From Squalus acanthias (lineage: Eukaryota): 64,000 bases of DNA. The stretch lies in the NCBI GenBank assembly GCA_030390025.1, contig CM059432.1, positions 100,194,001-100,258,000 of the forward strand, written 5' to 3'. Under the pieces are notes generated by a model. That model did no database searches and was not told the DNA's origin. It worked only from the letters and a program-made list of their open reading frames with translations. Each line of letters starts with the position of its first letter. The first letter of the stretch is position 1. Made by a program: the position numbers and the translations under genes. Below are positions 1-13,272 of this stretch, one piece after another.

Positions 1-172
1 TCTCCTTTAAGATGCTCCTTAAAACCTACCTCTTAGACTAAGCTTCTGTTCATCCACCCTAATATAACCTTATGTGGCTTATTGTCAAGTTTTGTTTGAT
101 AACGCTCCTGTGAAGTGCCTTGGATGTTTTACAATGTTAAAGTTGCTATATAAATACAAGTTGTCGTTGTTG
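1..172 (+). mobile_element. L2 LINE 3' end fragment
   Basis: L2-type tail (cttaaaacctacctc...gtgaagtgccttggatg...gctatataaatacaagttg) ending in short GTT repeats; the same tail start recurs near 9375-9420. Confidence 0.7.
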
Positions 173-174
173 AT

Positions 175-605
175 AATGGTTTCCAATAACTTCCCCAAAA
201 CCGATGTTAGGCTGACTGGCCTGTAGTTTCCCAGTTTATCGCGCTGCCCTTTCTTGAATACTGGTATACCATTAGCAACCCTTCAGTCCTCCCACACTAC
301 TTCTGTATCCAATGAGGATTGAAAGATTGTGACCAATGCCCTTCTATTCCATCCTTTGCTTCCTTCAGCAACCTAGGATGCATTCCATCCAGAACAGGTG
401 ACTTACCAACTTTCAGTAATTCTAATCTTTTTAGTATGTCTTCTCTATCTATTACTATCCTGTCCATAACTTCCCTCTCTTTTAGTGTAACCTTCACATC
501 ATCTACTTCCATTGTGAAGACGGATGCAAAGTATTCATTTAATACTTTAGCCATGTCCTCTGCCTCTACATGAAGATTTCCCTTTTGGTCTTTAATGGGC
601 CCAAC
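175..605 (-). mobile_element. CR1 LINE ORF2 fragment (decayed)
   Basis: ORF 297-554 MAKVLNEYFASVFT...LKVGKSPVLDGMHPRLLKE, followed by the NYRPVSLTSV-coding region. Confidence 0.8.
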
Positions 606-1261
606 TTTTTCACTTTATATGCCATGGACAAATAATATGTGTGGCGATGATAAGGCAGCAATTATTACCCATCCCTAGTTGTCTTGACAAGGTAGTGGTG
701 GGTCTTCTCCTTGACTGCTTCAGCTCTTGTGGTGATGGGGCTCCCATGATGGTGTTAGGTAAGAAGTTCCAGGATGATGAAGGATTAGTGATATATGTCC
801 AAGTCAGGATGGTGTGTTGTGAAGGAAATAGCCATATTCCAAGAAATACATCATCCTATAAACAGATTTGATAATATTAAAACATGACAAACTGGGGTTA
901 AAAATCTAAAAGCCTCAACGACACAAGCCGTAAAACAGAAATACAGGCTTCTGAGATAAGATGGTTTGTTAACACAAAGCTGTAAAACACCACAAGCTTT
1001 GAAATGGGAAATGTTTGTAAATACAAAGACATGGCCCAATTGAAACAGCAGGCTGGAGGTTCCTCTATGTCTGAACATTGGAACCAACACAATGGAATGA
1101 CCCAAGTAAAGTGTCAAAATCTAACACATCGAACAGGTGCACAGAACATTAAAAAAAAACAAGTGCCTTTGAAAAAATGACATCAAGTTAAAGAAATGCC
1201 TGCCGTAAAATAGTTTTATGTTAAACTTAGAACAAGGAGACATGGCTCTTAATATAACATA

Positions 1262-3550
1262 GAAGAAACATAGAAACATAGAAGATAGGAGCAGGAGTAG
1301 GCCATTCGGCCCCTCCAGCTTGCTCCGCCATTCAATGCGATCGCGGCTGATCATCCAAATTCAGAACCCTGTCCCTGCTTTCTCCCCATATCCCTTGATC
1401 CCTTTTGTAAGGGGTTTTGTGTCGTGCTTGTATCGCAGGCGGTGCTGTTACGGGGTTAGGCCTTCGCTGCCTAATATTATTGCTTGCTCTGGTCTCCGGC
1501 CAGCCTTGTTGCAATAAGCACCTGTGAGTGGTTCGACCCACTCGTCCTTACGGTTCTAACACTGGACTTAGGTGCGAGAGCAGTAATGCAGAGAAAACTC
1601 AAATAGACCCGGTTGAATAGTACGAAATGGAAATCTTTATTGCATAGCGTCCAAGATCATGAAGTACATGTCATAGGCGCAAATTAACGAGAGTACAAGT
1701 ATACATACATTCATAAAGCTTGGTCTATGGTAATGAAGAACGCACGGCACATCGTAAAAAGGGGAACACATAATACTTTATCCTTAATAAAACCACCCTC
1801 CCTTATCAATACCTACACTACATCTAGATTTGTAGGATCGGGAAACATGCTCACCACTCGTGATACTTCGGAGAATTTTAAAGTGAGGCGCTCGGCTCGT
1901 TTCGCTGCAGCGCCTGACTGTCACATGTTTTGAGGGGTCTCTGTACCCCACTTGTTTATTTTCGCTGCTGCGACAAGCAGGCTGGGCTCCCCGTTGTCAT
2001 GAAGAACTCGACAGTGCTCGGGCCCGGCTGTAGAACTCAAAGAAAAGTCTTCCTGGACCGACACCAGTTGCCGGTAGAATTCAAAGAAGAGTCTATGACC
2101 AGTTCGTGCAGTAACTGATAGAGTTCGTATAAATTCGGCGCGGTCGGGGTTTACTGACCGCGGTGGCACGTGGATTCTTCTTCTTCTCTTCTCATCTCAT
2201 CTCGTCTCGTCTCTTCGGGCCTTCGGGTCCAAAACACCGTTTACCGACACTCGGGATGGTGCACCCGGTTACTCGCCCTTCGTCGAGGCGGCTCATCCCG
2301 ATTGAGCTCCACCCAACATTCGAATAACCGTCCAGTGCGGCTAAAAGTCCAGAGTCAACAGTCCAGAGAAACAAGAGCACGAATCAAGCGAATAAGAGTC
2401 GAATCAAGAGCATCAGCCGAGATAAGAGAAAAAATAAGAGAGCGATGGACATTTGTTGTCTATAGTTATAGTGCTGTGTTCCCTTATCTCCCGCTCAAAT
2501 CTTAATGTTTGTCCTTTGTGAAATATTGGCGCTCAAAACTCCCAGCATGGGGTGATTCTTGTCTTTAACGGGTTTCGGTAGCACCTGAGACTGGCCAACT
2601 ACCCGTTAATGTTTTCCCCATTGTTGAACCGGCTCTGAGCCTCCCTGGCTGGGTTTTGGGGGCCCCCGAATACTTGTTTAATCACCCGAGAATGGCTCTC
2701 TCATTGTAGAGAAGTGGGGGTATTTGCGTGTTGATGTGTCTGGATGGGCCTTCGATTGCCCAGTACAATGGTCCTTACTTGTGCATGGAAAACGATTCCA
2801 GCACTCATATCTTTTGCTATTGTCACAAATGCAAACAGGTTGCATCCTGTCTTTATCAGTGCTTATCGAAAATGTTTATTCGAACGCCATCTTGTCTGCC
2901 CACTGTACTTCTGGAAACTTCTGCCATGATGCGCGGTGGCCATTTTACAGGCTTCTGTGTCCTGTTTAATCATGATAGCATTTCGTTTAAATAAACTGAT
3001 CAAACGAATCTGCTTCTATCTCGTTATTTCGAATCGCGATAATTGCGAAACTTTACACTTTAGCCTTAAGAAATATATCCAACTCCTTCTTGAATATATT
3101 TAATGAATTGCCTCTACTGCCTTCTGTGGTAGAGAATTCCACAGGTTCACCACTCTCTGGGTGAAGAAATTCCTCCTCATTTCTGTCCTAAATGGCTTAC
3201 CCCTTATCCTTAGACTGTGACCCCTGGTTCTGGACTCCCCGACCATCGGGAACATCCTTCCTGCATCTAGTCTGTCCAGTCCTGTCAGAATTTTATAAGT
3301 TTCAATGAGATCCCCTCTCATTCTTCTAAACTCCAGCGAGTATAAGCCTAATCGACCCAATCTCTCCTCATACGTCATTCCTGCCATCCCAGGTATCAGC
3401 CTGGTGAATCTTCGCTGAACTCCTTCCATGGCAAGAACCTCCTTCCTCAGATAAGGCGACCAAAACTGCACAAAATACTCAAGATGTGGTCTCACCAAGG
3501 CCCTGTACAACTGCAGCAAGACATCCTTGTTCCTGTACTCAAACCCTCTT
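1262..3550 (-). mobile_element. CR1 (HER1-like) 3' part, interrupted by LTR A1
   Basis: ORF 3100-3585 LYRALVRPHLEY...RRMRGDLIETYKI...FFTQRVVNLWNSLP; tail gggccgaatggcctactcctgctcct; near-identical to 40145-40770. Confidence 0.9.
1406..3057 (-). mobile_element. Solo LTR A1 (1652 bp)
   Basis: TGTAA...TTACA ends; TSD CTTT (1402-1405 and 3058-3061) restores the CR1 target; minus-strand TATA-like element near 2465 and AATAAA near 1640. Confidence 0.9.
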
Positions 3551-5396
3551 GACCAATTGAAGTAAATAAGAAATGCAAAAAACACCCTAGATGAAGTGTT
3601 TTTGAATTACAAATTGTAAAAAGTACCTACAGAGAGACTTTGTAGATATTACATCAATAGATGACACCAAGCAATTACATTGTTTATGTGTTAAACTTGG
3701 AACATAAGGAGACAGGAGTCTGTGTTACAAACAGCAGAGGTGATTTAGAAATTCAATAGAAAGACTTCCTAAGAATGGCATCAAATAGATAAATCGTTAA
3801 TAACCATAAAAATGATAAGTTTTTGAAACACCTAAAGGTACAGACAGAATTCTAAGAGTTGGCAGCTGAAATGACAGTAAGAATAGAAAACAATTCAATA
3901 GAGTATCACTAGAGACAATTAGTTTACATCAGCAGATTACTTCAAAGAATAAACCACTAAAAAAAAAGTATAAAAATAAGAGCTTTTCAGATGAAAAGTC
4001 AGAAGTTGCTGGAAGGGCAAGCATTTCTCAACTTCACAGGCACGCTCTGTAAGTTTTTAACTCTGAGTCTCGGGTAATCAAGGTATTTGATTTTGGTGGA
4101 TATTCTGGATTAAGAAATAAGTAGAAGTGTGGAAATGTAACGAAGTTAAGATTTGAGAATAAGGATCTCTGATAAGAAATGTAAACTATTTGTATTTTGA
4201 ACGGTTAAAGTTGCGATTGCCATAACAGCTGTTAACTAAATGTCGGTTCTTTAATAAATCTATATATTTTTAGAATTATCTCACAGAGTATTTCTGTATA
4301 AACTCGCGAACTCAATTTCTGTATACTCAAAGGAGTTGCTGAATTCTGGGGGGTATTCCAGACCCTCATAATATCCGGAAGGTTACAGTCTAGTTAAACT
4401 TATTAAAAGTGATTTCCGGAGTACGGTAACATCTTCACGTCGTTCCTTTCCTTTAGGGAGAGGTAGTCTGACCTTTAGACCCAATTAAGCATCTTATATA
4501 ATTCGGCTATCTTTAACTTTAATTGAAGGTGAATGTCTGGGGAATACGCCTGATCTGGGGTAGCCCGAAAAGGGCTAGGACTTGAAATTATCCCTTCAGT
4601 GTGACTTGGAGGGGAAATTGGAGGTGATGGTATTCCAACAATATTGTTGCTCTTGTCCTTCTCAGTGGTAGATAGATTTGTGCTAAACTTCCACCAAGGT
4701 TACAGTGGCAGAACTTCCCATGGAAAGTATTTCTCTTACATGTTTGTTATTTTAAAACTTGTATTTTTATGTTGTTGGCCGACTAAGGAAAAAATGGATG
4801 CCAATAGGATTTTGAAATAATTTTTGAGTGATTTGATTTATTTAATTTCAGTTTTTTGGTATGTATTTAATTGCATAAAGTTAGAGCTCAGGAGGGTAAA
4901 ATTGGATCTCGATGTGCCCGTTTTCTGAACAGTTGCAATGAGGTCCAATTTAGGGGGCCAACCTCCCATGCTCAAACAGTGTCGGAAACATGTCCATTGG
5001 TTCGTGCGATGTAGAGGCATCTCTGGCGGCCAACTGAAACTGGCGTGAGGTGCCTTGAATATGCTCATAAAGGGCCTAACGCCTGTTTTAGGACCCAAAC
5101 CGGAAATTGCTTTGCCCTGAACATCCTCTCCTCCATTGTTCAGCCCTCAGTTAATTCCACTCTTACCTATTTGATCACAACCAGAGCATCTCCAGCAATG
5201 GCTTCTCCTCTCGACCCTACATTGTTACTTCCAGTTCTCCAATGATCCATCCTTTGACCCCTCATCTTCCTCATCTACATGCTGCCCCTTAGCAACATCA
5301 GCCACAGACATGGAGTCAGCATCCATATGTACACTGATGACACCCAGCTCTACCTTCCCACCAACTTTACTGCCTCTGTGTTGTCAAGATATCCAA

Positions 5397-5544
5397 GGAG
5401 TGAAATTTGACTTGGGCAGGGACGCAAAACAGCCAGTATCACATTGCTCGCCGTTATATGGAACTGAATATCAAGCGGGGTATATAATGGTCGGCCCATG
5501 CAATACCGGCCATTTTAACCCCTCCCCGACTGGAATTTCACCCC
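5397..5544. mobile_element. Short Harbinger-type MITE
   Basis: Imperfect TIRs ggagtgaaattt / gaatttcacccc; interrupts the L2. Confidence 0.5.
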
Positions 5545-5640
5545 TCCTGTCTTGAATGTGCCACAACTTCCTCCAACTAAATATTAGGAGCCAGGGTCTT
5601 CTGCCCGGACACAAACTCCGTACATTTGTTACCAAATCAG

Positions 5641-7790
5641 GGTAGCGTAGTGGTTATGTTACTGGACAAGTAATCGAGAGGCCTGGACTAATGATCCGGA
5701 GACATGAGTTCCAAATCCCAACACAGCAGCTGGGGAATTTAAATTCAGTTAATTAAATAAATCTGGAATAAAAAAGCTAGCATCATGGCCCGGCATATCT
5801 CTCATTCTACCATTACCAGCAAGCCAGGGGACTAGCCCTGGTTCAAGGAGGAGTGTAGAAGAGCATGCCAGGAGCAGCACCAGGTGTACCAATCTGGTGA
5901 AGCAACAACACAGAACTACATACATGCTAAACAGTGAAAGGAGCATTCTATAGACAGAGATAAGCGATCCCACAACCAACGGATCAGATCAAAGCTCTGC
6001 AGTCCTGTCACATCCAGTCGTGAATGGTGGTGGACAATTAAACAACTAATGAGAGGAGGAGGCTCTATGAACACCCCCAGCCTCAATGATGGCGGAGTCC
6101 AGCACATGAGTGCAAAAGACAAAGCTGAAGTGTTCACAACCATCTCCAGCCAGAAGCCAGATCCATCTCAGGCTCCTCCTGAGGTCCCCACCATCATAGA
6201 AGCCAGTCATCAGCCAATTCGATTCACTCCACAAGATATCAAGAAACGGCTGAGTGCACTGGATACAGCAAAGGCCTATCGGCCCCAACAACATACCGGC
6301 TGTCGTGCTGAAGATTTGTGTTCCAGCTACAACACTGGAATCTATCCGACAAAGTGAAAAATTGCTCAGGTATGCCCTGTCCACAAAAAGCAGGAAAAAT
6401 CTGATCCGGTCAATTACTGCCCCATCAGCCTACTCTCAATCATCAGCAAAGTGATGGACGGTGTCGTCGACAGTGTTATCAAGTGGCACTTACTCACCAA
6501 TAGCCTGTTCACCGATGTCAGTTTGGGTTCCGCCAGGACCACTCGGCTCCAGACCTCATTACAGCTTTGGTCCAAACATGGACAAAGGAGCTGAATTCCA
6601 GAGGTGAGGTGAGAGTAACTAACCTTGACATCAAGGCAGCATTTGACCGAGTGTGGCATCAAGGAGCCCGAGTAAAATTGAAGTCAATGGGAATCAAGGG
6701 GAAAACTCTTCAGTGGCTGGAATCATATCTAGCACAAAGGAAGATGTTTGTGGTTGTTGGAGGCCAATCATCTCAGCCCCAGGGCATCGCTGCAGAAGTT
6801 CCTCAGGGCAGCTGTCCTAGGCCCAACCATCTTCAGCTGCTTCATTAATGACCTTCCCTCCATCATGAGGTCAGAAATGGGGATGTTTGCTAATGATTGC
6901 ACAGTGTTCAGTTCCATTCTCAACTCCCCAGATAATGAAGCAGTCCATGCCCGCATGCAACAAGACCTAGACGACATTCAGGCTTGGGCTGATAAGTGGC
7001 AAGTAACATTCGTACCACACAAGTGCCAGGCAATGACTATCTCCAATAAGAGCGAGTCTAACCACCGCCCCTTGGTATTCAACAGCATTACCATCGCCGA
7101 ACCCCCCACCATCAACATCCTGGGGGTCACCATTGACCAGAAACTTAACTGGACCAGCCACATAAATACAGTGGCTACAAGAGCAGGTGAGAGGCTTGTT
7201 ATTCTGCAGCAAGTGTATCACCTCCTGACTCTCTAAAGCCTTTCCACCATCTACAAGGCACAAGTCAGGAGTGTGATGGAATACTCTCCACTTGCCTGGA
7301 TGAGTGCAGCTGCAAGAACACTCAAGAAGCTCGACACCATCCAGGACAAAGCAGTCCACTTGATTGGCACCGCATTCACCACCTTAAACATTCACTCCCT
7401 TCACCACTGGCGCACCATGCTGCAGTGTGTACCATCTACAAGGTGCACTGCAGCAACTCACCAAGACTTCTTTGACAACACCACCCAAACCCTCATTCTC
7501 TACCACCTAGAAGGACAAGGGCAGCAGGTGCATGGGAACACCATCACCTCCAAGTTACCCTCCAGGTCACACACCATCCTGACTTGGAAATATATCGCCA
7601 TTCATTCATCGTGACTGGGTCAAAATCCTGGAGCTCCCTCCCTAACAGCACTGTGGGAGTACCTTCACCACACGGACTGCAGCAATTCAAGAAGGTGGCT
7701 CACCACCACCTTCTCAAGGGCAATTAGGGATGGGCAACAAATGCTGGCCTTGCCAGCAGCGCCCACATTCCGAGAACGAATAAAAGAAAA
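5641..7790 (+). mobile_element. tRNA-headed LINE copy T1 (head kept, rest of 5' region and EN deleted, RT decayed)
   Basis: Head with A-box TAGCGTAGTGG at 5644; RT motifs DIKAAFDRVWH, VPQG..LGP..F..FINDLP, FAND, YSPLAW; A-rich end. Confidence 0.85.
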
Positions 7791-8096
7791 ATTCCAACCC
7801 CTTCTCTGACCACTGTCTCAGTCTGAATCAGGATCCTATTCAACCCCAAGCTAAGCTTCAGACCCCATTTCATCTCAAACACAAGACCGGCTATTTCCAC
7901 CTTCCTAACTTCTCCTGCCTCTGCTCCTACCTAAGTCCATGCCTTTGTCACTTCCATGCTCGACTATTCAAATGCTCTCCCAGCTGGCCTCCCATCTTCC
8001 ACACTCTCTAAATTTTAGCTCATCCAAATCTCTGCTGCCTGTATCCTAGTCCGCAGCAAGTCCTACTCACCTATCACTACTATCCTCACTGATATG

Positions 8097-9137
8097 TGTG
8101 GGATCGCAAATTAGGCCTGTGAAACGAAACCTATATCCCCTAGTCTTTAAATATATATTAACCAAGGCTGTAGGGCAGTAATATTAGAAATCATGTACAT
8201 ATAGCTTTTAGATAGTTGCAAAGCATGATGGCCTATTTGGTTCATTATATTAACCCTTTTAAATAATACTGAAAGAAGTGTTGCTCCCTGCAGCCAGATT
8301 GTCGGAGTCATAGCTTACTTTCTAGGCATTTTAGAAGGTCATTATCAGTGCTACAGAAGCAGTGTTTATACGTAGTTGGTCTTTGGAAGAGATAAGGGAA
8401 ACTGAACTGTACAGGGAGTCGACCATTTCTCTCTTGGTCTCAAACACCTTATCTCCCTTTGGAGCGGACCTTGTTTATCATAATAAGCTTCTCTCGAGAA
8501 TTAACGAAGTATTGGTTAGATACAACAATATGGGAAAGGAAAGATAAGCGTGGTACGACCTTGTTTAAGAGACAAGATGGAGTCTGGTAGACCTCGCTCC
8601 CAGAGACTAGATGAAGACCCCATGTATAACAACTATGTGTTATGTTTAATGTCACAGAACATTTCAGGGCGGCTCCCAACATTGAGTGACTGATCATTAA
8701 CCAATAAGGGAGCAATGGTAGCGACGCTGTTTGTATGTGTACGCCCACTTTTGTAACCTGTGGGTGTTGCCTATCGAAAGGCATATCAATGCTTGTATGT
8801 AGTTTTTCCTTTGAGAGTTGGGTTCGAGTCTGAGGAGATCAACCTCTCTCCCTTTGTGCACAAAGCCTTCTGGCTAGTTTCTAATAAACTTTTACTTTGT
8901 CTTCAGTTCCGTCTCCATCTGGTTTTGCTCCAAAATTCGATGTAACAGTAAGGCCCATTGGTGAGTAATTGGGATGCCGAGAGCAGGGGTGACCTCTTAG
9001 GACTTTAATTAGTCCCGGTGGACTCGAATTGGGCCCCTGTGTAAAACCCGGAGCAGGGGTGACCTCTTAGGACTTTAATTAGTCCCGGTGGACTCGAATT
9101 GGGCCCCTGTGAAAAAGTCCCAAATTCTGATCTAACA
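8097..9137 (+). mobile_element. Solo LTR (family E, 1041 bp)
   Basis: TG...CA ends; TSD TATG (8093-8096 and 9138-9141) inside the L2; AATAAA near 8883. Confidence 0.8.
8981..9111 (+). repeat. Tandem duplication with 70-bp period in LTR E
   Basis: gagcaggggtgacctcttaggac...gggcccctgtg at 8981 and 9051, identical over 61 bp. Confidence 0.95.
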
Positions 9138-11290
9138 TATGCATTAGGTCCTGGTATCCCAACACCTCCAATTTAAAATCCTCATGGCCTCGTCCCTCCC
9201 TATCTCTGTAACTTCTTCCAGCTTTACCACCCTTGAGAACTCTGCATTCCTTTTATTTGTGTACCTCCCCTCCCTTCACCCCACCATTGGTGGCTGTGCT
9301 TTCATCCACCTAGGCCCCATTCTCTCAAATTCCCTCCCTAAACTTCTTTGCTTCTCCACCTTCCTCTCCTGCTTTAAGACCCTGCTTTAAACCTACCTTT
9401 TTAACCAAGATTTTGGTCACCCCATCTAATATCATTCCCTCCATTTCCCATTTTCAGGCCACTACTCTCTTGTTTACACTGGGCAATTAAGATTGGCTCC
9501 AGATTTTTTTTTTTAAACTATTAAAATTCTCATGATGACAATTAGCAGTTGGATCAAGCAGAATATCTTCCTTATACCAAACATTAATGACTGTATAGCA
9601 CAAGTCTGAGTAACTGAAACTATTGAATTCCAAAATGCATGCTATATTACAGTATCCATTAGAACTAATCAATACTCACTCTTTGCAACAGAGTGGAATA
9701 TTTACTGTTATATTGGATGAAATGTTTATACTAATTAAGAGATTATTAATGATTTTGTATTAAAATATATTTCTAAATGCATTCCAAAAGATATTTAACA
9801 TACATTGATCAAACAGTCAGTTTATACCTCAGAATGTTATTATACTAAAGGAAGCAAGATTATTGGTTGATTATTATTTTATTTATGGACATCAGTACAA
9901 GGGTGAACAAGTACAACAGTAATAGGCATTGCAAGTAATGGGCAGCAGAAGCTAATTAGGTGCAATTAAAAAGGAAATTATCCAGCTTTCCTTATTATGT
10001 ACACTACATGGTTCAGTGATAATTGCTATAGCTTGACTGTAATAAGCTGCATACGTTGCACAGTTGCATGGCATTCTCACATTATGCTGGTGAAGAGTGG
10101 AAGCTTGTGTCTCATGCTGATTAGAGCACCCTGTCAAATCGCCTTCAGCAACTGTCATATTAATTAGTAATGGGGCTGGGGGCATGGTTCTTGTTTCTTT
10201 AATCTGGATCATGAGCCTGGTTTGCTCTTCAAAGAATGGGAAGATTAAAGCTTTGTTCATCTATAGTAACAATAATCCAGTAAAACACAAAAACACAAAA
10301 GTTGTGCTTGAGTGCAGAATTACGAAAGAATTCTTACTAAGCACTGAAATCACTGAGTGACTTTTTTGCTGATAAACTTGAATACCTATGCCTGGGGTCT
10401 ATTTTAACACAGAACGAGTTTCAGGTGGGCAAGGGTGGAGCAAGTGCAAAATGCACTCGCTGGCCTGCGCTTCATGTCTGGGATTTTTAACTCCTAGGCC
10501 TCATTTAAATACTGCCGGTCCACATCCTACCTTGAATAGGTAAGTGTCAGGAAGAGAGTTTCAGCTAGGGTCTCCCAGGGTGAGAAGTGGGGTGGTGGGG
10601 GAGCGGGGCAGTGGAGGGGAGTGGAAGTGGGTGAGGGTCCCAGAGAGAGGAAGCTGCAACATTCCTTGTGGGGCTCGGAGGAGCAATTGTTTGACAGTTG
10701 AAGAGTCTCTTCGTCCTTCCCACCATTTGACATTATCGGGCCCAATTGTCATTTATACATGAGGCTCCCGCAGTTTGCGCATCACTTGGCCACCAAACCA
10801 ATGGCGTTAAAATTGGAGATTGGTGCGGAAGGAAAGAAAAGGAAAGACTTGCATTTATCTAGCGCCTTTCACGACCATTGGACATCTCAAAGCGCTTTAC
10901 AGCCAATAAAGAACTTTTGGAGTGTAGTCACTGTTGTAATGTGGGAAACGCAGCAGCCAATTTGCACACAGCAAGCTCCCACAAACAGTAATGTGATAAT
11001 GACCAGATAATCTGTTTTTCGTTATGTTGATTGAGGGATAAATATTGGACAGGACACCGGGGATAACTCCCCTGCTCTTCTTCGAAATAGTGCCATAGGA
11101 TCTTTTACGTCCACCTGAGAGAGAGCTGATGGGGCCTCGGTTTAACGTCTCATCCGAAAGACAGCACCTCTGCCAGTGCAGTACTCCCTCAGCACTGCAC
11201 TGGAGTGTCAGCCTAGATTTATGTGCTCAAGTCCCTGGAGTGGGAATTGAACCTACAACCTTCTGAATCAGAGGCGAGTGTGCTACCCAC

Positions 11291-13272
11291 TTTTTTTAAA
11301 TGTTATTTATTGAACATTAAAAACAGTTACAACATCGTGATCATTCCGTTGTACCATACAAATCCATTCCGCCGCTCTGCACAGCCATCCCTCCATCACA
11401 TATTAACATCAAAACCTGAAGTTTAATTTGTCTCCCATAACATATACTAATCTATTGTACTTTAAAAATTGATCAGTAATCATGGCTCTGAGTAAGGGAA
11501 GTGTGCCTGATAATCCCTCCATCATTTAATCTCCGGCCCTTCCCTCCTCTCATGTTCCGTCCCAACTTTTCAGGCAGCTGTTGCTTTCTCCTGCAGCCTC
11601 CGGCTCTTTTTTACCTCCTGTTTCAACCTTCCCTGAAGTTTCAGCCTCTTCCTTACATTAGGTTTAGGCCGAGGAGCTGCCCTTTCTCCCTCCTTCTGCC
11701 CCTCACTAACCTTTCCCTTTCCACACGATGCCACCCCAGCCCCCACTTCCATGTCTCTGTCGCCCTCTGACCCCTCACTCTCGAGCTCTTCTGTAACCTC
11801 CCGTCCCTGCTCCCCGTCAGATACATAATCTCCCTTAGAAAGTCTTTCTGCTATCACGGATTCTCCAATAGTGCCACTCCCTTCAGGCTCATCTCCACCA
11901 CTGACCCTTGCTCCCCGTTTCTTCTCTCTCTGGGACAATGGCGCATCTGCACCTATCTTGCTCCCTTCTGGCATCTTTGTCTCCCCGCTCCCGTCCTGCT
12001 GCCACTTTAAGGCTCCTGCCTCTTGCACCCTCTCCTTGTCTCGCCCCCTCCTGCTCCCCGAGATGTCCGACTCCCTGTCTTTCTTTGGAGTACTTACACT
12101 TACCCTGCACCCCGCTCCCGCCTCCTCTCCCCCCGCGGACACCAGATTCTTTAGGGAGAGCCGAGCCGTATTATGGCTCGACTCTGCCCTCGACCCGTGC
12201 TGCCCGCTTCTGTCTTTCTCCTTTTCCACCGTACTTGGTGTGTTTTCCACCATCTCCATCCTGTTCTCTGCTCCGCAATTTTCTGCCTCTTCCTGCGCTC
12301 TTTTCTCCTTCCAATCATTAGCTGTGTCCTCCGCCTGCTCCGCGCCTCCATCTCCCATCTCCTCATCACTCAAGGGGCTTCCTTCTGCCTCACACTCACA
12401 GCGGGTGGGGCTTTTGTGACACACCCCACAGCTCTCCGCCTTGCGATGTGTCCAGACTCGCCACAGTTATAACAGTACAAGTTTGGAAAAGCTTTTTACA
12501 AGATGGTCATGTCCAAGACATTAATAACAAACCCTCACCTGGTTATCATGCAGTACCCGGAAGTACTGCACTCCTTCCATTGTCTCGAATTTCATGCTAT
12601 ACGGCAACGGCTTCACCCCCTCTCAGAACCGCACCTTTACATAACGGGTTCTATCTGCTATCCGCGTTCCTGGATAGTATCTCCTCTTTATTGCCGAGCA
12701 AATTTTAATGTCCCACGACTCCAACTTTTTTGTTAGCACATCGTCCTCAATATAAACTGACAGGTTTAACAATGAGACCACCACCTCTTCAGAATATAGC
12801 AGAGATATTTCCAAGAACTTATCTCCAACCTTCAAACTCAGTAAAAGTCTTTCCACCTCCTCTCAGCCACTGACCGTCACCTCAAACCCAACATTCGGCT
12901 TTGGTCGGCAGGCAAAGCAGCTTCCATCGCTGCAGTCCTCATGGATAATATCCCAAGCTCGTATCTCCTTATCCTTGCACTGAACCACCACCGTGTTTTC
13001 TTTTACAAACCTCCTGAGGTCCGGCCCAAATCTTTGGGCCTTTTTTTCTCCCTTCCCCAACATTTTCTCCCCTGATTAAATTCATCCTGGGAACATTGTC
13101 CTCTGAGGTGCCCGGCACTCTGGGCCACTCAGCAGCCATCTGGCTGCTGTTTAAGGAACAAAAAGGCCCTAAATTCTGAAAAGAAAACACCACCAACTTT
13201 TTACAAACTCACTCCAACTCCCTGCAGTAATCAAGCACCCAGCAGCGCCTGCTCACTCCAAGCCCCGCCCAC
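11291..13272 (-). mobile_element. ORF1-only Tx1/L1-clade element (~2 kb) with AATAAA and poly(A)
   Basis: T8 at 11291 and tttatt near 11306; gag-like ORF1 upstream; no EN or RT sequence. Confidence 0.75.
11570..13140 (-). pseudogene. Tx1/L1-type ORF1p (zinc-knuckle gag-like, ZCCHC3-related family), with stops and frameshifts
   Basis: VVSLLNLSVYIEDD...IKRRYYPGTRIADRTRYVKVRF...LPYSMKF...YFRVLHDNQVRVCY*CLGHDH (CCHC remnant), then C..C......CEC and a long charged tail. Confidence 0.75.

Larger units (their letters stand above)
818..4598 (+). mobile_element. Solo LTR (family D, ~1.5 kb net) hosting a CR1 and LTR A1
   Basis: TGTGAAGG...CCTTCA ends; 4-bp TSD GTGT (814-817 and 4599-4602); TATAAAA near 3969; AATAAA near 4253. 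Confidence 0.65.
641..4670 (-). mobile_element. 3' fragment of the tRNA-headed LINE family (641-817 and 4599-4670), split by a solo LTR
   Basis: Matches the reverse complement of the family tail at 7550-7740; gtcaggatggtgtgt resumes as gacttggagggga after the insertion. Confidence 0.7.
5110..9440 (+). mobile_element. Decayed L2 LINE split by a MITE, a tRNA-headed LINE and a solo LTR
   Basis: L2 RT-like segments (PQ.SIL.PL.FLIY.LPL; YTDDTQLY; HAFVTS.LDYSNAL..GLP) at about 5110-5395, 5545-5635, 7790-8096 and 9138-9440. Confidence 0.75.

Noticed and set aside
1406..3057. Ginger-type DNA transposon (TGT...ACA ends, 4-bp TSD)
   Set aside because: Only ~5-bp terminal inversion; TATA/poly(A) layout and motif sharing with the PBS-linked LTR C favour a solo LTR
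5641..5730. Functional tRNA gene
   Set aside because: Extra arm, no acceptor stem or T-run terminator; contiguous with the LINE body in three copies
8981..9111. CRISPR-like direct repeats
   Set aside because: Two adjacent units of a simple tandem duplication in a vertebrate LTR; no spacers or cas genes
11871..12472. Long + strand ORFs (182, 137 and 99 aa)
   Set aside because: Antisense shadows of the purine-rich Tx1 ORF1 tail
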